From: Callorhinchus milii
Lineage: Eukaryota
Direction: 5' to 3'
Length of the DNA: 64,000 bases
NCBI RefSeq assembly: GCF_018977255.1
Contig: NW_024704757.1
Coordinates: forward strand, 13,826,001-13,890,000
Part shown: in pieces, positions 23,870 to 35,602 of the stretch
How positions within the stretch are numbered: position 1 is the stretch's first letter
Layout: each line of letters opens with the position of its first letter
Notes under the pieces: model-generated
Told to the model about the DNA's origin: nothing
The model's database searches: none
Seen by the model: only the letters and a program-made list of their open reading frames with translations
Program-made: the position numbers and the translations under genes

Positions 23870-25289
23870 ACTGGTCTGTTTCTTTGCTCCATCTTGCATA
23901 GATACTTTATCGTGAGAACAATGCTCTTCTGCTGCAGCAAGGGAACACTCACAGTTTGGGATGCCATAAAACATTGGACAAACGACACCATAACTTGCTT
24001 TGGAAAAGAACTGAACAGCGGGGTGGTAAATAACTGCCACAGCCATTTTGACAGCGTGATGCTATACAGAGTTTATTACCAAGCGCCGGGCACGAAACAC
24101 AAAGCACGGATGCCTGAAAAAGCGCGTTCATTGTGTCTGGTACCGATCTTTGGCTAAGTCTGCAAACTCTTATGTCACCTGCGTGCAGTTAGCAATCAAT
24201 CCCATTCGATTCTTTCAATCTGAGCACCGTAATAAAATGTATCAGTCGTCACAATCCTTGCATACGATGCAGAGCCTCACCACGTCAAAATTGAGCACAG
24301 CCAAAAGTGCTAGGCATACCGTCGCCTGGGATTTTCAGCTCTCTGGAGGCAAAATATATTAATATTTGTGGTTCTGGGCTTCCTTCAGCTGCTGGTCCAA
24401 CAACATATACATACACTCCTTCTGGCTCCTCCTGAGAATTGTCAGACAGTTGGCAGGTGGGACATGATGTGAATCCTTCTGAAGCTGGTTAGGTTATGAA
24501 GTTCTATTGACACATGATAGTGTAGAGTAATATTATGGATAAAGATGTTTTGCACCACTTCACAGCAGATATATCATATATATATATATATGATATAACC
24601 AGCACAGCTATAGCATTAAAAAACATAATGTGAGCAGTCTTGTCCCATGGAAAATGTTACTGCATCCTCAGTTTGTTCCAAACACGGTTGGAATTGGCAC
24701 AGACGGTGGAATTACATGCAATTATGCTCGAAACCTTTCTGTCCATTCCTTCCTCTCCGTTACACTCTGCCCTTTTCACACCTTTTTTTTTTTGCGCTGA
24801 AATATTTTACGAAGGTGCTAAGTGACAATGTGGTGAAACACTTGCTTCACACCTTCGTGGCTGCAGGGTTGAACCCTGTCACAAGTCAGGTTTGAACTGC
24901 TATTATGTGCGTGATGAGTTTGTCAGTTCTCATCAGCTGGGTACCAGAGACAACCCACTGCTATTAGGATGACAAGCACTATTTTGTCAGCCATACAGGT
25001 AACAGGAGCACCAGCACATTTTGCAAGCTGAAAATGGCTGTCTTGTTGGCAACCTACACTCTTACACCAACATTGTTATCCCTGTGAAGCTCACAGTCCA
25101 CACTTGCAAAGAAATGCAGTCCATTGGGACGTCCTCCCGACGTGAAAGGCGCTCAATAGATGGAATCTTGTTGTTGTTGTTGCAGTAAGGCACCATTGGA
25201 GGTATTGTGTGTTTCCTTTTGCATGAAATATTAAACTGACCACAATGCTTACTTGAAAAGAAAGGGTATTTTCGCCCGGTGTTCTGACC

Positions 25290-25460
25290 AATAAGCCCCA
25301 ATAAGATAACATTGATCCATCACCTCATGGCTGTTTGTGGGGCCACTGCTGTGTGCAAATTGGCTGCCGTGTCAAAATGCAGTACATACAGCGAAGTGCT
25401 TTGAGATGCTTTGACAACGTGATAAGGCGCTATATTAAGTGCAAATATTCTTATTATTAA
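25290..25460 (+). mobile_element. SINE 3' half
   Basis: CATGGCTGTTTGTGGGGCCACTGCTGTGTGCAAATTGGCTGCC..GTGATAAGGCGCTATA. Confidence 0.8.
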
Positions 25461-25653
25461 ATCTAGTGCTGTGAAGGTTCTGTCTTGCAAGATCTTTTTT
25501 TCTGCAAATAATTCAGTCTTTAAAATTGGATGATTAATTCCATCCCTTAACAACCCCCTGAGTGAAGAAATTTCTACTGCCCTCACCAGTGGATCTGAGG
25601 AACGTAATGCAGTGAAAGAACACAGCATTAGAAAGCTGTTGCCTGTACGTGTT

Positions 25654-25715
25654 AACCCTTGCATTTGATGTAGCGCCTTATCACGTCTTCGAGACATCTC
25701 AAAGCGCTTCACAGA
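25654..25715 (-). mobile_element. SINE 3' terminus
   Basis: CCTTGCATTTGATGTAGCGCCTTATCACGTCTTCGAGACATCTCAAAGCGCTTCAC. Confidence 0.9.
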
Positions 25716-27442
25716 AAGTGGGACGATCGAAGCAAATTCCAGGAACGCTACAGGAAAGACATCTTTACGCACGAGTTCTGCTCTCTATACGACTGTGCTC
25801 TCTATAATGCCCCGGTATTGGATTCCAAGCTCGTTTTTGCTAATGTTTGTAATAAATTTTTAAGTATACAATTAAAAAACTTCTGAAGCGGCAAAAAAAA
25901 CCTAACAGAATGGATTTTTTTTATTTGCATGTGACCCTCATTAGAAAATTCTATGCATTGCGTGAGGCTGTTTGCAAGTGGCCAACATTGTAGGATATAG
26001 TAGTGCATTTTATTGTTTCTATCTATTACTTTCATTTTTCACATCACTTGCACTTTTTATTTAATAAGTGAATGGGAGAATGTAAAACAGCAAAATCGTA
26101 TGAAATACAAATTACCTCTTATGAACATAGGGAATCTATATACACAGTGTTGGTTTTATTAATGATACTTGACCATAAAAGAGACAAAAAAAACGCTGAC
26201 TTTGGCAAATTATAAGGTTGGGTGCAGAAATGCTACTTCAGGATTCAGAAGGTTAAGCTCTAATGTGTATTTTGAATTGAGTGTGGTGAAATAATTGCCT
26301 CATAAAGTAATGAATTGACCAACCTTGCTAATGGCTAGATACTGCAAAAGTCAGCACAGTGCACGAAGTTTACTGGAGGGTGGGGGAGAGAATGCTACAC
26401 TCTTACTTCCCACACGCGGCGTCAGAAAAGTAAACTTCTTCTTTGCCGTATATACTTTTAGCACCGAGAAATAAGAAGTAGAGTTCATAAATAAAAGACT
26501 GTAGCCCGATTTTCCCGCGGCGGAGTTTTTCCTCAGGATTGCAAGGGCTATCCATTGAGACGGCAAATGTTTGTGCAGTAGGATAGTTAATAGATACCAC
26601 ATCAACACAACTGCAGAGAGCTTCTTTATGATGAATTTTTAATGCGCAGTGAGACTGCCTTCCACATTGTAAATGGCTTTAATGATGGATGCCTGGCTGA
26701 CACATGGATCAATCACATATCATATTAGACAAGCGTGGGAATATAAAAAAAACTGACATCTTTGTCGGGGTTACTCAGACTCCAGCTCTGCAGCAACAAC
26801 ACTGCACTAAAAGACTCAATGCAAGATGTTCAACAATCTCCAACGCACCATTGGGTGATTCAACTTCTAATGAATCCTCAGGTCTGTGAGGAGTTTCTTC
26901 ATTGAATACTCTTGTTGTCAGGTCGAAGGGCAATTGACCACGCAATGAGTAAAGATGCCTAAAGCTTCACTTTTGTTTTACAAGGAAGAGTGGAGCTTTG
27001 CCTGTTCTCTTCCTGCAACCAAATGGTTTTATGTCAAAACAAAGAACTTGTTTTGCACAGAAAGGAGGATGTTCAGCCATTAGGCCTCCATCATTGCTCA
27101 TTCGTTTTTGTTTGCCTCAATTGACATTTTCCAGCCTCCTATCCAAACCCTGAATATTTTTATCGTTCAAGTGCTTATCCAGATCCCTTCGCAATCAGAA
27201 TGTGGAGGAAATGAATCTGTACTCCTGCATCTATTATAGCCGAGTCACCCTAACTGATGGATAAATTGAAAAATTTATCAAAAATAAGTTAAACATCAGT
27301 TCCAAACCCCAATGTGACAATTCATGATAATTCTGCAAACACGATGCACCAACAGCTAAGTCAAGATCATTACAATGCCTTTAAGTTTGACATTGATCGT
27401 TCAATAGTCAGGAGTATTTTATAATGAATGATATGCTAATTG

Positions 27443-27489
27443 AAGACGTGATAAGGCGCTATATCAAATGCAAGGATTATTATTATTAT
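27443..27489 (+). mobile_element. Very short SINE 3' terminus
   Basis: GAAGACGTGATAAGGCGCTATATCAAATGCAAGG(ATT)n. Confidence 0.85.
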
Positions 27490-27879
27490 ATTGCCAGTGG
27501 TTGATACAATTTTCAATTATCAATCTATTTTATACTGGGGCTTGATGTGACATAGCTGAGCGAGGACATGGTGAATGATCAATACAAACACATTCCTGCA
27601 ATGTGCTCTGTGACAAGCTCTCACGATGGCTGCAAATCTCTTTAAAATATTCTCCAAGATTAACTGAGTCATGAAAGAAGACACTCTCTCTGCCAGAAAG
27701 CCCTGCACTAACCAGGCACTTGCCTCTGAGAGCCATAAAAGGTCATCTTCAGTAACTGATCTTTGTGGAAAATCTGTGGCAGTGACTTCTGAGGTTAGAG
27801 ACGGTTACTGTTTACATGAGAGCAGAGTGCTAAATTTCCCATGAAGATAGCAGAAGCACCCTTTATATGATTACAAATT

Positions 27880-27982
27880 ATTACAAAATGCACAGTCAAT
27901 TCACTTTACAGTATATCCTGTGATACATCTCGAAGACTTGCTAAGGTGCTACATCAAATGCAAGGATTATTATTATTATTAT
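27880..27982 (+). mobile_element. SINE 3' module
   Basis: ACAGTCAATTCACTTTACAGTATATCCTGTG..CAAATGCAAGG(ATT)n. Confidence 0.85.
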
Positions 27983-28159
27983 CACTAAGCAATGTTTCAG
28001 GAGAGCGGGGAGGAAGGGATGAAAATATAGGAAAGAGGACTCTTCGTCTCATAGTCTAGGCTGGGGTGGGGGTGGGGGGGCGGTGTGGGTGGAGTGGGGG
28101 TGGTACGACAGACTACATCACCAGAGGAATCATTCTTTGGTATATTTAAAACTGAGTTC

Positions 28160-28402
28160 CCATCTGCCTGTTCAGGTGGGTGTTAAAGAATCCATGCCAT
28201 TGTTTGCAAAGAGAAGGGAGTTTCTCCCACTGTCCTAACCAACACTCCTCCAGATAAATTGGTCATTCACTTCATGGCTGTTTATGGGACATTGCTCTGT
28301 GCAAATTGGGCTGCAGCATTCGCCTACAAATGCTGTCACAGAAACATTCTGAAGCACTTTGAGACGTCACAGATGCTACATCAAATGCAAAGATTATTGT
28401 TA
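28160..28402 (+). mobile_element. Deu-domain SINE, 5'-truncated
   Basis: TCTGCCTGTTCAGGTGGGTGTTAAAGAATCCATG..GAGAAGGGAGTTTCTCC..GGTCATTCACTTCATGGCTG. Confidence 0.85.
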
Positions 28403-28545
28403 ATACGACTAATGAACAAGAGAGCTACCAGTCACACTCCACGGATACAAACATTACAGTGCGTGGGCCAATTTTAACAAACTAAACCTATCCTGACACC
28501 ACCTTAACAAGTAAAAAGCCCAACTATTCATCACATTCATTAACT

Positions 28546-28916
28546 GGAGTCTTGTAGCTCAGTGGTTAGAGCACTCCCTCGCAAGCGAGAGACCTGGGTT
28601 CGATTCCCGGCAGGGCGAAATGTTGAGCAAGTTTCCTTACTGTTTACCGAGCAGTAAGTAGGAACCCGGTTGTTAATCGAATGGTGGATCTCTTTTCCGG
28701 GGGTAATAATCCCTCAAACAACAAAAAAAAACAATAATTTAGTCACTTCAATCCACGACTGTTTGTGGGACGCTACTGTGCGCAATTGGCTTCCGTGTTT
28801 CTCCCACAAAATATACAGTCAACTCACTTTACAGTACATTCTGTGAAGCACTTTGAGATGTCTCAAAGTCGTGATAAGGCGCTATATCAAATGCAAGGAT
28901 TATTATTATTATTATT
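28546..28916 (+). mobile_element. Full-length tRNA(Ala-like)-headed CORE-like SINE (family A)
   Basis: A box TAGCTCAGTGG, B box GGTTCGATTCC, TTGAGCAAGTTTCCTTAC block, shared 3' module and (ATT)n; collinear with 43274 and 57874. Confidence 0.9.
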
Positions 28917-29399
28917 TCTGCACATATTGCTTACATTGACATTGCTTTTCATTACCTAATACACTTCAGGGAAAAATTGGATTCCAATCAATCCATCAGG
29001 TCTTCCTTCTGCACAACACTCCAATTGAAGGTCGTCCTTTTACAATTATTTCGGTCAACTTCAAAAATTTCAAAAATTACCTACAGCATTTACCTACAGA
29101 CTCTTGCTTTTAATTTCGTTTTTTTAATTGTATTCCCTGTCTTTCTGCTCACACGTCAAGGCAGAGATGCAAATTGTGTTATTTAAAAATAAAAATCTTG
29201 GAAAGAGATGATAACTGAGAAAGTAACTGCCAAACGAGGAAGAAAATATTTGATGACAAGGTTTTGTCATGTCACTACACATTTCCCAGCGAGACAACAA
29301 CTTGCCTTTACCAATAATTTGACATGTCTCAACTATTTCCTCTCACAACTCCAATAGGCTCTTTTGGTTCAGGTTCAAACCACAGTAAATATATGATTA

Positions 29400-29560
29400 A
29401 GGCGTTCGCCTACACTTATAGGGTCACTACACTTTAAAGTAGAAATAATAATAATAATAATTAAAGTAGAATCCTGCAGAGTGCACTTAGACATTCTCTG
29501 TTTCAGATGTAAAAAGAGCTATATATCAAATGCAAGGATTAATATAATTATCATTATTAT
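29400..29560 (+). mobile_element. SINE 3' module interrupted by an (AAT)n insertion
   Basis: TTCGCCTACA..GTCACTACACTTTAAAGTAGAA[(ATA)n]TTAAAGTAGAATCCTG..TATCAAATGCAAGGATT. Confidence 0.75.
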
Positions 29561-30234
29561 AGTCAAAAGGCCTCGGTATAGATTTGCTATAAATCAGCGC
29601 TACAAGATGTCATGCTAAGTGAAGGGAGAATGCAAAATGTTGATGGAAATCCATATGCATCTGGAGTACAACATAAACGACAGGCAACATTTCTGCCACG
29701 TTTTGCACTCCCTGAAAAATATCGTAGTCTTTACGGATCATCCAGGAAAGATGATGAAAATGGGAGGAGATACCGAACTGACTCCCCTCTCATCTCATTC
29801 TAAGAGAACACTTGACTTGTCAGAACTTAAGCTCCCACTCAAAATTGGATGGTGCATGAGCTGTGCTGAGGAAGTTGCGACCATTGTTATGGTCAGTGCT
29901 ATGCCCAGGAATTTATCACCTCTTCTGACCCAAGACTGAAAACCCGTTCCATCTTCTTTAAAGCGAAAACCCTGAATGAAAAATGGGAAGCATCAGTTGG
30001 CCGAGAGCTGGCCACCTGAAGTGTGATGGAGCGAGTGTTTGTTTCAAGGTCCTGCTCCTCGCAGATCTCAAGACATTACTAAAATTACATTCAACTCACA
30101 TTTACAAAGAGCCCTTCACGTGAAAGAGATGCCTCGAAGCCCTTTGCGGATCCTGATGAGTTAAGAAATGAAACAAGAGTTGTTATCGCAGATGTACTAC
30201 CTCCCCCCCCCCCCCAACCATCCTTGGCAGCTAA

Positions 30235-30325
30235 TTTAATTAAGCCTTTACACGTTGTCGAAATGTCTCAAAGCGCTTCACGGGATTTCACTGTAAAGCG
30301 TAGTGACTGTGTTTTGACTGGCAAA
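30235..30325 (-). mobile_element. SINE 3' module
   Basis: TGTCTCAAAGCGCTTCACGGGATTTCACTGTAAAGCGTAGTGACTG. Confidence 0.8.
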
Positions 30326-31464
30326 CTTTTGAACAAAGCGAGAGGTTTACTTCTCATCTTTTCTGTGTTGATAGAACACATGGCAAGTAAGCCAACAACT
30401 GACTGTGGCACCATCGCACCTTTAGGATACCTGTGTTTGTGTGTTGTATCATCAAACAGGGCAGCCATTGTGATTATTGAATGTTATTAAAGCTTATATC
30501 CCTTAAACAGTAATGAAGAAGGGAGCAGACAAACATGGGATAGATAGGCTAAATAGGGCAAGGGCATTTTGTAACCAGTAATGTTGGGCAACATCTCGGG
30601 TATGTATATATATTTAAACTTGAAATAGGATTCTCTGTATATAGAGATGGACCTGACATTACCATGGGACATATATAATGCATTATCTGTTTGTTGAAAA
30701 AAAAATCTTTCACAGTACAAATCAAAGAAATCTCAGCAAGTAACCACACATAAGATATTAATATGCACAAGAGATCAGGACATCTATCAAAAATCTCCCA
30801 GATACAACTCAAAATACATTTCTAAGTCAAGTTTTAATTTGAAATATTAATGCCTATCACTGGCACAACATATCAACTGATGACTTAACCGGGTGGGGTG
30901 TCTCAATTAGACCTACAAGCACTTTTGCAGTATTTCAATGAGATAAAGTTTATCTTTGGGTTTCTTGAGCACAATCTGAAAGTCTCGTACCTGTTCTACA
31001 AACGTACTTTGATGTGCTTTATCTGCCCGGGGAGAATAGCACTCTTCAGAATCAATTTAAGTTCTCACATTGAGCAATTTAAACTTGTCTATTCTCCCAA
31101 ACTTTCTTTAAAGAAAACACTAAATCTTAGCCTTCCACCCTCTTTCAATTCTTAAATGCGCTTCATTAATAATCGCATATCCTTAGTTGAGATCTAGATT
31201 TTGATCCTTTCAACATACATACATATATACATGATAAAGAGGAGCACACNAAAAAAGACACAGAAGGTAGAGAGAGGCATTTTTCAACATTCCACATTGG
31301 AATAATATCATTGGTTTTAGCTGTGAGATTTCCGGTCCCAGAAATGGTTATTATTTACCTTGCAGTTGCGTAGACAACTGGTGAAAAGCAATGGAACCAA
31401 AAGATGTTCTGTTGTAGATGGGTGTGGGAGGATGCATTCTTTGCAATGTATTTATGATGTGGGC

Positions 31465-31560
31465 TAATAATCCTTGCATTTGATATCACACTGTCGTTGA
31501 GATGTCTCAGAGGGCTTCATGGAATTTGCTGTAAAGTGCAGTAACTGTGTATTTGAAGGT
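31465..31560 (-). mobile_element. SINE 3' module
   Basis: TAATAATCCTTGCATTTGATAT..GATGTCTCAGAGGGCTTCA..CTGTAAAGTGCAGTAACTGTGT. Confidence 0.8.
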
Positions 31561-32594
31561 AAAGTCCTTGTAAATGTTTCTTCAGCCCAAAGTCTTCACA
31601 ATGGTATCTTCAATGTTAACTTTATTGAACTATTTTATAATTTTAAACAACTTCGATCAGATTCCCCCTTAAACGTCTCTTCTGTGACAAAAAAAAGGCC
31701 CAAACTATCCAGTCATCTGCCATCCCTGGTACCATCCCTGGTAAACCTACACTGTACTCTTACCATTGCTTCTTATATCCTTCCTTAGTGTTCATTCTTG
31801 CTTGTGTTTTTTTTAAAAAAGAAAGGGTTGACTTAATGGCTGAAGCATTGGCAGTCACTGACCTTTTGGTCCAGTTATGACTCCTTGTGAAGCATCAGCA
31901 GGTAGAGTTGGTTTTACTTTGATCTGGGTTTTAACATTGGAAACGTGGTATCTTATGTGACGTACAAAAAAGCTGACCTTGTATCTGCCGATAGCTTTAT
32001 TAGACAACCTTATAAGTAGCAATCAGAGCCGTAATGAACATAAGGAAATAGGGAAAAGTTATAGCGATTCGGACCATTTAGCTCATTCCTCTTTAATCCA
32101 AGCCACCGGATCAATGTCACAACCATTTACTTCAATATTATTCATCAACTGAATTCTATTTTAGCCCTCCGTCTAAATTAGAATTCCATCCGGACTCCAA
32201 TCCTGCAACTCGCCTGACCTTATCATACCACACTGTTACAAGCTAACTGGGTTGTGTTACTATCTGTTGGTGGCTCATGGCATTTCAATGAATGTTCCAG
32301 AGCTTCCAGGAAGATACAAATTTACATAACTGCTTCGCGTCGCTGGGCGATTCAGCAGGGAGCCCAGGAGTACAGGTCTGCGGTGGTCAAATTTTCTCCC
32401 ACTCAGTTTTTCAGTGTTCCCTGTGTTCCGTTCTATTTTTGGGAAGTTTTGTCAGTCGCTGCCTAGGAATTGGCTTTCATCCCTCGAACAGTACTAGCTT
32501 GTTAGTTTCACTTCAATTCCAGAACGCATATCAACTGAACGCAACTGGAGTAAATCTGTGTCTCTATAAAGACTGATGCTACTCTGGGATGCTA

Positions 32595-32623
32595 TGTTGT
32601 GTGTGTGTGTGTGTGTGTGCGCG
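32595..32623. repeat. (TG)n(CG)n microsatellite
   Basis: Alternating purine-pyrimidine run. Confidence 0.9.
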
Positions 32624-33784
32624 CTTTTGGGGAGGGGGTGTGGAAGGAGTAGAGGGGCGGACAATGGTGAAGTGTACCAGAGCATTGGAGGGTGGAATGA
32701 ATAAGGGGTTTGGCTGACCAGAAGTTGCTGGGAGATCTCACAAAGTAGAGGAAAAGTATCAGAATAGCTAGGAAACAACTGTTAAGTCAGAACATGCAGT
32801 TCCCACTTTCTTGCAGCAAAAAAAAACTGTCCAATTCATTTTGAAAGAAGTCCTCTGTATTTCATTGAATCCTTCAATGTGTCCAACATGGTAGGTTTCA
32901 GAGGACTTATGCTTCAGGAAAGTAGTGTCTGACGTGTTAGTTTTAAAAATAGCTTCAATTTCAACTGGACAAGCCTGGGTTTTTTCAATGCAACTGTGCG
33001 TTTCTTGACAACTATCTGTCTCATAACATTACCAGAAGAAAAATTAATAGAAACAGCACACAAAAGCAATAAGAAATTCAACCGAACAACCTTGACAGAA
33101 TGAGGCTGTCCTTGCAATGCATCAGACACTGTACTGGCACGAACAATAATGCTACTTGTTAGGATTTCCTTCAATTTTGAAATATCTGGAAAATAGGCCT
33201 ATCAAATGCTAAGCAGTTGTCGGAAACTGCTACAAATTGGAAGGCGTTGGCTATAGCCATGCGCTTTTCAGCTTGCGAAAATTAGCGCAAACTCTTCCAT
33301 GCGCCAAAGTCGTATCAAGGTATAAACAGAACCATTTCTATTGGGTTAAAAGCAGTTACAGCTTTGAAGCTCCCAAGGTAAATACTGTAGTTGGTTCGCT
33401 ACTTCACAGTGATAAAATAGTGTCTTCTGGAGTGTTATGGTTAGAGTTACCATTAAACCTGCTGTCTAAAGGTCACGATTGTCAAATCTTCTCAGCAGCC
33501 CAAGCTCTCGCACACATTCATAGGTCATAAACAACTGCATGGCTTACATATTTATTCAACAGCAAGTTAATACTGCATTGAGCTAAGGTAAGGAGTAATT
33601 CAAAGTGGCGGATTGGCAGGACTATCAAGAATAGGCCATTCTAAAGATCCAGGTCAACATCTGGCATGCTGGTATATGAGGTCAGTTATCACTAAATAAT
33701 ACATCTACAGAAGCGCAAATACTTTCAAATGTGTGTGTGGGTGTTTGTGTGTGTGTTTTCTACCAGTTTGTTTTTAGTGAGGGT

Positions 33785-34172
33785 TCAGTCAGCAGCACTC
33801 TCGCTTCTGAGTCAATAGATTGTGAGTTCAGGCCCCCTTCTGAGGGGTTTGGTCTTGCAGTCTCGGCTGGCATTCCAGTGCAGTGGGGGAGCATTGGATT
33901 GTCAGAGGTTGCCATCCATTTGATGACAAGTTAACTTACGGCGGTCTTCAAGGAATCCACAATTTTGTTTGCAAGTGAAGAGAGTTTCTCCAAATGTTTG
34001 CCAGATAAATTGGTCTTTAGCTTCATAGCTGTCATTGGGAACATGCTGTGCACAAATTAGATGCTGTTTTTGGCCTACAAATTCAGTCACTGCAGTTGAC
34101 AGCAATTACCGATGAAGTCCTTTGAGATGTTTTGACATTACAGGAGCTATATCAAATACAAGGATTCTTATT
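33785..34172 (+). mobile_element. Deu-domain SINE, diverged, near full-length
   Basis: AGCACTCTCGCTTCTGAGTCAA..GAGTTCAGGCCC head, GTCAGAGGTTGCCATCC, 3' module ending CAAATACAAGGATT. Confidence 0.8.
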
Positions 34173-35384
34173 ACCAATTCTAGTTGAAAGTTCATCAGTG
34201 CAATGTATTGACGAGGCAATAACGTGAACATCATCATTCACAAGTTCCAGGAAATTGAAAGCTTTTGGCAATGAGACAGATAGGCTGAAGGAATCTTTTG
34301 GGAAGTTGGGTGGCTTGGTTGGACACGCCAAATGTCTATTTGTGCTGTTACTCTATGCTCTGTTGTGCTCTATACAACAACAGCAACAACTTATAATACA
34401 GCCACCTTCACACAGGATAGTGGCTTGGAGCTATCCTACCCGGTTTAAAAGGCAACGTGGGAATTTCAATCTCCGTTTTGCACAGCGCAAAAGAACGTTT
34501 GCATGACATGAGAAGCAGATGACATTACATAAAGATTGTTCTCTTCCACATGAAAACCTAATCTGGATTTGCATCTCTCCAATGCTCTGCTACAGTTGGA
34601 ATAAGAGAAGGTCAAACTTAAAGTGCAGCAGACTAAGCTGAAATCATAAGAACTGACTTCACAAAGCCAAAATAAGGCTTATCGCTGTGCCTGCATCTTT
34701 AACAAGTTACCTTGCAAAGAGTGCAATAGCTTCAAATTGAGAAAGTAATGAAATATTAAATAGATTACATCTCCGCTGCAGAAAATAAGGGTTCTATTAA
34801 AAATTAAATACAAAACCCATCCTATACCACACTGACTGGTTCATATTGGAGCCTTTTAACAGCTGTCAAAGTATGTAAGATCAAGCTGTTTTTATTGCTG
34901 GGAAAACACACTGCTATGCTCTCTCGGTTTATGAAAAACATAAATCAGAATTTGATCTAAATTCGAAGGAAACTATTTTCATAAGGAAATGAGACATTAA
35001 AGTAGTAAACTGAGTTATTTTGTCATGCTGTTTCACCTGAGATTTGTGCAGAGAATCACCTTGAAGATTGCAGTGTATATTGGCATCGAACAGCGTGATA
35101 CAGAAGCAAATGAGACTGGAGCCCCACTGCAGCCTGCTGTTGAAAGCAAGTGACCGCTGCTCTTCAATAAAATTATGTTTGGTTTCCAAACCGGGTCCCT
35201 GTTTAGAGCTGAGCCTGTAATGACAAACCCTCGCTCACATTCAAAACACAAGGAAAGTCATTCGGCCCCTCAAACCTTTCTTACTTCAATCTATCAAGAG
35301 AGCTGGACGTAAAACCTCCCCAATTCTCGAAGGCAACAAGCAAAAATATTCTGCAATATTTACCTATTTACCCATGTATCCTGG

Positions 35385-35602
35385 CCAACAGTTTCATTTC
35401 GCACCCCCTCCACCCCCCACCAAGATAAAATTGCTTGTTCATTTCACGGCTGCTTGTGGGAACATTGATGTCCACAAATTCGCTGCCACTTTCACTTACA
35501 AAATACACAGTCACTATACTTTGCATGAATTCCCGTGATGAAGCTTTGAGATGTCTTGACAACCCGGTAAAGCACTGTATCAATTGCAAGAATTATTATT
35601 AT
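35385..35602 (+). mobile_element. SINE 3' half
   Basis: TCCTGGCCAAC..GCTGCTTGTGGGAAC..ACAAAATACACAGTCACTA..GCTTTGAGATGTC..GCAAGAATTATT. Confidence 0.8.

Noticed and set aside
26403-26610. Possible minus-strand coding exon ending at a GTAAG donor (26406)
   Set aside because: Acceptor is weak or ambiguous, no recognisable peptide, no phase-compatible neighbours found.
31250-31250. Single N base
   Set aside because: Assembly ambiguity, not biology.
31719-31743. 12-bp tandem duplication CCATCCCTGGTA x2 (similar small duplication at ~49490)
   Set aside because: Ordinary slippage duplication.
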